Shown piece by piece: positions 13,793 to 17,194 of a DNA stretch of 17,194 nucleotides. The stretch is taken from assembly GCA_051745145.1 (NCBI GenBank), contig JBNJDT010000033.1, positions 1 to 17,194 on the forward strand, in the 5' to 3' direction. The notes under the pieces are model-generated. The model saw only the letters and a program-made list of their open reading frames with translations. It searched no databases and was not told the origin of the DNA. Each line of letters starts with the position of its first letter. The stretch's first letter is position 1. The position numbers and the translations under genes were made by a program. This DNA is from Elusimicrobiota bacterium. GTDB taxonomy: Bacteria; CG03; SLGR01; JAGXOG01.

Positions 13793-15823
13793 ATGCCTAC
13801 AATAAATTCTGAGACTGGAGAGATTAGAGAGAAATACAATGTAAAGGATTTGGAGAAAAAAGCTAAGGAAATGAGAGCTTACAATATGATAGCTCTCCAT
13901 GCGGCCGGGTCCGGTCATACGGGGGGGACTTTATCTATAATGGATATAACGGCTGCGCTTTATTTGGATATTGCTAAGCACGATCCCAAAAACCCGGAAT
14001 GGGAGGACAGGGACAGAATTTTCTGGTCGGCCGGCCATAAAGCGCCGTCGCTCTATGTCGGACTGGGTGCTGCCGGTTATTTTCCCATAGAAGAAGTTAT
14101 AAAGCTGCGTAAACTGGGTTCCGGTTTTGAAGGACACCCCAACAGACTTAAATTGCCGGGAGTTGAACTTTCCAGCGGATCCCTGGGGCAGGGGCTGGGA
14201 GTTGCAGTGGGGTCAGCCTTAAATGCAAAACTGGAAGATAAAGATTACAATGTATACTGTATTCTCGGTGACGGTGAACACGATGAGGGTTCTGTCTGGG
14301 AATCTATAATGAGTGCCAGTCACCATAAATTAGATAATTTAGTGGCTATTGTCGATCGCAATAAGCTTCAGATAGACGGGACAACAGATGAAATTATGTG
14401 TGTAAGTCCGTTAAATGAAAAATATGAATCCTTCTGCTGGAATGTCATAGAAATAGACGGTCATAATATGGAAGAAATTTTGAAAGGGTTTAAAGAAGCT
14501 GATAAAGTAGAGGGCATGCCTACGGTCATAATAGCTGATACAGTAAAAGGTAAAGGCGTCTCCTATGCGGAGGATGTGGTGGGGTATCACGGCACACCTC
14601 CCAAAGATGGCCGTTCCGGCGCAGAATCTCTGGATAAAGCTCTGGAAGATATAGGAGATCAGCAGTTTACTGAAGAAAAAGTTAATGAACTTCTGGAAAT
14701 AGCTTCTGATTATCAAGAAGAAGTTGATGAAAAAATTAAGAATAAAAAACCCAAATTTTCACGCGATTACTGGTGGAATTCTCAAAAGGACATGAAAGTT
14801 GAGATGGATGCTACGCGCAACGGTTTTGGGGATGCTCTGGAAGAACTTGGGGAGGATGAAAAAATTGTGGCCCACGGCTCCGATATTTCCGGTTCTATAA
14901 GAATGGATAAGTTTTATGCAAATCATCCGGAGAGAAAGAAAAGATTTTTCAGTGTGGGGATAGCGGAATCTAATATGGTGGAAGTCGGTTCCGGTCTGGC
15001 CCGGGAAAATAAAATTTCTTTTGTTGGATCTTACGGGGTTTTCTCTACGGGAAGGGCCTGGGAACAAATACGGACAACTACCTGTTACAATAATTTTAAT
15101 GTAAAGATAGCGGACGCTCACGGCGGTATTTCTGTAGGGCCGGACGGAGCTACTCACCAGGCGTTAGAGGAAATATCGTTGATGACCTGTCTGCCCAATA
15201 TGATAATGGTTGTACCCTGTGATTCTACAGAGACATATAAAGCCACTAAAGCGGTAACCTATAAAGACGGCCCGGCTACCATCCGGTATGCCCGGGAAGC
15301 AACGCCGGTAGTTGCTGATGAAAACACGCCGTTTGAATTCGGTATGGCTAACGTAATAAGATACCGGGGCAGGGCAGATAAATTTAAAGATGCTTTTGAG
15401 TGGGCACTTGGTTCGGATTATCAAAATGAGAATGAAGATTTAACTTTAATTGCCTGCGGGCCTATGGTCCCCGAAGCTATGCGGGCGGCCTATATTCTCA
15501 AAGAGGATTTTGGAATAGAAACCAGAATACTCGATGTTCATACCGTAAAACCGATTGATGAGAATACAATTTTAAAGGCGGTAGAAGATACCAACGCAAT
15601 TATAACTTGCGAGGAACATCAGGTTGGAGGTTTTGGAAATATTGTTGCCGGCCTGATAAATAAGAATAAAGATTTTAAAACTCCGGTTATTATGGATATG
15701 GTTGGGGTTGAGGATACTTTCGGAGAAAGCGGGGCCCCCTGGGAACTTATGATAGATTTTGGTCTGGTTGCTGAAAACATAGCCCAAAAATCCCGGAATC
15801 TTTTAAAGAAAAAAGATATTTAA
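13793..15823 (+). CDS. tkt: Transketolase, single polypeptide
   Basis: SGH.GG.LS, DR..WSAGH..P, GHP, GSLGQG, ThDP-binding GDGEHDEGSVWE...DRN..QIDG, GIAE.NM, GPDGATHQ, VKPID and EEH..GG.G motifs. Strong ribosome-binding site. Confidence 0.92.
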   Translation: MPTINSETGEIREKYNVKDLEKKAKEMRAYNMIALHAAGSGHTGGTLSIMDITAALYLDIAKHDPKNPEWEDRDRIFWSAGHKAPSLYVGLGAAGYFPIEEVIKLRKLGSGFEGHPNRLKLPGVELSSGSLGQGLGVAVGSALNAKLEDKDYNVYCILGDGEHDEGSVWESIMSASHHKLDNLVAIVDRNKLQIDGTTDEIMCVSPLNEKYESFCWNVIEIDGHNMEEILKGFKEADKVEGMPTVIIADTVKGKGVSYAEDVVGYHGTPPKDGRSGAESLDKALEDIGDQQFTEEKVNELLEIASDYQEEVDEKIKNKKPKFSRDYWWNSQKDMKVEMDATRNGFGDALEELGEDEKIVAHGSDISGSIRMDKFYANHPERKKRFFSVGIAESNMVEVGSGLARENKISFVGSYGVFSTGRAWEQIRTTTCYNNFNVKIADAHGGISVGPDGATHQALEEISLMTCLPNMIMVVPCDSTETYKATKAVTYKDGPATIRYAREATPVVADENTPFEFGMANVIRYRGRADKFKDAFEWALGSDYQNENEDLTLIACGPMVPEAMRAAYILKEDFGIETRILDVHTVKPIDENTILKAVEDTNAIITCEEHQVGGFGNIVAGLINKNKDFKTPVIMDMVGVEDTFGESGAPWELMIDFGLVAENIAQKSRNLLKKKDI

Positions 15824-15905
15824 CAGTATATTTAGTGACAATATAAATTTAATTCGGTAATTTGATAGAAAATAATTTAAAATAAGAGAGGAAGTGAATA
15901 AGTAA

Positions 15906-17194
15906 GTGACTCTGGAAAATTTTATAAAAGTGGCTGCCGGCGATTCGCCGGCTGATCTGGTGCTGAAAAATGCCAGTATAGTCAATGTGTTTTCCGGACA
16001 AATAAATAAAAATAACGTAGCTGTTTACGACGGCAAAATCTGTGGTATAGGGGAATATAAAGCTAAACGGGCAATAGATCTTAAAGGGGGATATCTTTTG
16101 CCCGGTTACATAGACGGCCATATACACATAGAAAGCTCTCTTATGACTGTTTCAGAGTTTGCAAAGGCCGTAGTTCCCCTGGGAACTACCTCAGTAGTGG
16201 CCGACCCCCATGAAATTGCCAATGTTCTGGGCCTGGACGGTATTAAATATATACTGGATTCTGCAAAATATCAGCCGCTGGAAGTGTATTTAACTCTGCC
16301 TTCATGCGTTCCGGCAACCCATCTGGAAACTTCCGGTGCTGTACTGTCCGCCGGTGATCTTTTCCCGTATCTTTCTGAAAAATGGGTAGTGGGCCTGGGT
16401 GAAGTAATGAATTTCGCCGGTGTTTTATCAACTGATAAAAAATTACTGGATAAGATAAAACTAATCAGTTCTAAAAGAATAGATGGACATGCCCCGGGAC
16501 TTTCAGGTAAAGATCTGGCAGCTTATATCTCAGCGGGTATAAAAAGCGATCATGAATCTACTACTTTAAAAGAGGCCCGGGAAAAGTTAGAAAAAGGGAT
16601 GCATATTATGATAAGAGAGGGGACGGCTACTAAAAATTTAGAGGATTTATTGCCATTGGTTAAGGCTAAAAACTCTGAAAATTTTTCTTTTGTCTCTGAC
16701 GACCGCTCCCCGGAAGATCTGTTAAAATTTGGACATATGAATCATATAGTAAATAAGGCCTGTAAAATGGGTATGGATCCGGTAATGGCTGTTAAACTGG
16801 CTTCAATAAATACGGCCCGGTATTTTAAATTATCAGAGCACGGAGCACTAGCTCCCGGATTTGTAGCTGATATGCAGGTATTAGAATCTTTTGAAGATTC
16901 AGTCCCGTCGATGGTTTTTAAACGGGGTAAACTGGTCGCAGAAAACGGGAAATTAAAATCCAGGGAAGTCACCCCGCGCGATATTCCCATAAGGGGCTCA
17001 ATGAACGTAAAGTGGCTGACTCCGGAAGATTTTAAAATTAAAGTAACAGATAAAAAAGTACGGACCATTAAGCTGGTTTCTTCCCAGATTGTTACAGAAC
17101 AGGAAAAATACACCCCGCCCGCCGAAGACGGTTATCTGGTTTCGGATCCTGACCGGGACCTGCTTAAAATTTGTGTGGTTGAAAGACACAGGGC
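15906..17194 (+). CDS. ade: Adenine deaminase (AdeC/Ade type), 3'-truncated by the window edge; not in the supplied ORF track
   Basis: Manual translation from GTG 15906 is open to the window end: (M)TLENFIKVAAGDSPADLVLKNASIVNVFSG...PGYIDGHIHIESS...GTTSVVADPHEIANVLG...PSCVPAT...GLGEVMN...IDGHAPGL...SDHES...IREGT...SDD...GHMN...GALAPGFVAD...VVERH. Confidence 0.93.
   Translation, partial: MTLENFIKVAAGDSPADLVLKNASIVNVFSGQINKNNVAVYDGKICGIGEYKAKRAIDLKGGYLLPGYIDGHIHIESSLMTVSEFAKAVVPLGTTSVVADPHEIANVLGLDGIKYILDSAKYQPLEVYLTLPSCVPATHLETSGAVLSAGDLFPYLSEKWVVGLGEVMNFAGVLSTDKKLLDKIKLISSKRIDGHAPGLSGKDLAAYISAGIKSDHESTTLKEAREKLEKGMHIMIREGTATKNLEDLLPLVKAKNSENFSFVSDDRSPEDLLKFGHMNHIVNKACKMGMDPVMAVKLASINTARYFKLSEHGALAPGFVADMQVLESFEDSVPSMVFKRGKLVAENGKLKSREVTPRDIPIRGSMNVKWLTPEDFKIKVTDKKVRTIKLVSSQIVTEQEKYTPPAEDGYLVSDPDRDLLKICVVERHR

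Noticed and set aside
531..15787. Other short minus-strand ORFs in the track (60-137 aa)
   Set aside because: Each overlaps a well-supported + strand gene and shows no family motifs.
15803..17189. Several minus-strand ORFs at the right end of the ORF track
   Set aside because: They lie antisense to the adenine deaminase frame (or the end of tkt), which the track missed because that frame has no stop inside the window.
1..17194. tRNA, rRNA, riboswitch, mobile element or stop-codon recoding
   Set aside because: Intergenic gaps are short (about 110 nt or less) and AT-rich with no such structure that I could recognise. There are no transposase or integrase motifs, and TAA, TAG and TGA all end genes at expected family lengths.

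Overview
All credible genes are on the + strand, in a moderately AT-rich bacterial genome with the standard genetic code. The core (about 938-10991) is a bacterial microcompartment (BMC) locus of the sugar-phosphate-utilisation (SPU) type. Its enzymes are triosephosphate isomerase, PduL-type phosphotransacylase, acylating aldehyde dehydrogenase, PduS-like Fe-S flavoprotein, two RpiB/LacAB-family isomerases and deoxyribose-phosphate aldolase (DeoC). Its shell genes are three BMC-H, three BMC-P and one PduT-like BMC-T. Upstream is a probably 5'-truncated GAF-GGDEF diguanylate cyclase. Downstream are a cyclodeaminase/cyclohydrolase-family gene, an atypical DnaA-like ATPase, a stand-alone receiver protein, a single-chain transketolase and a 3'-truncated adenine deaminase that the ORF track missed. 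The most unusual items are: (1) a DnaA AAA+ core with no DNA-binding domain IV, carrying two Zn-ribbons and novel terminal domains; (2) DeoC fused to an encapsulation peptide, a flavoprotein domain and a Cys4 linker; (3) a TPI gene that may make two isoforms, with or without a small BMC-associated module that recurs in a 94-aa ORF; (4) an Asp-type plus Cys-type RpiB pair. All family assignments come from motif recognition by eye; no database search was run.
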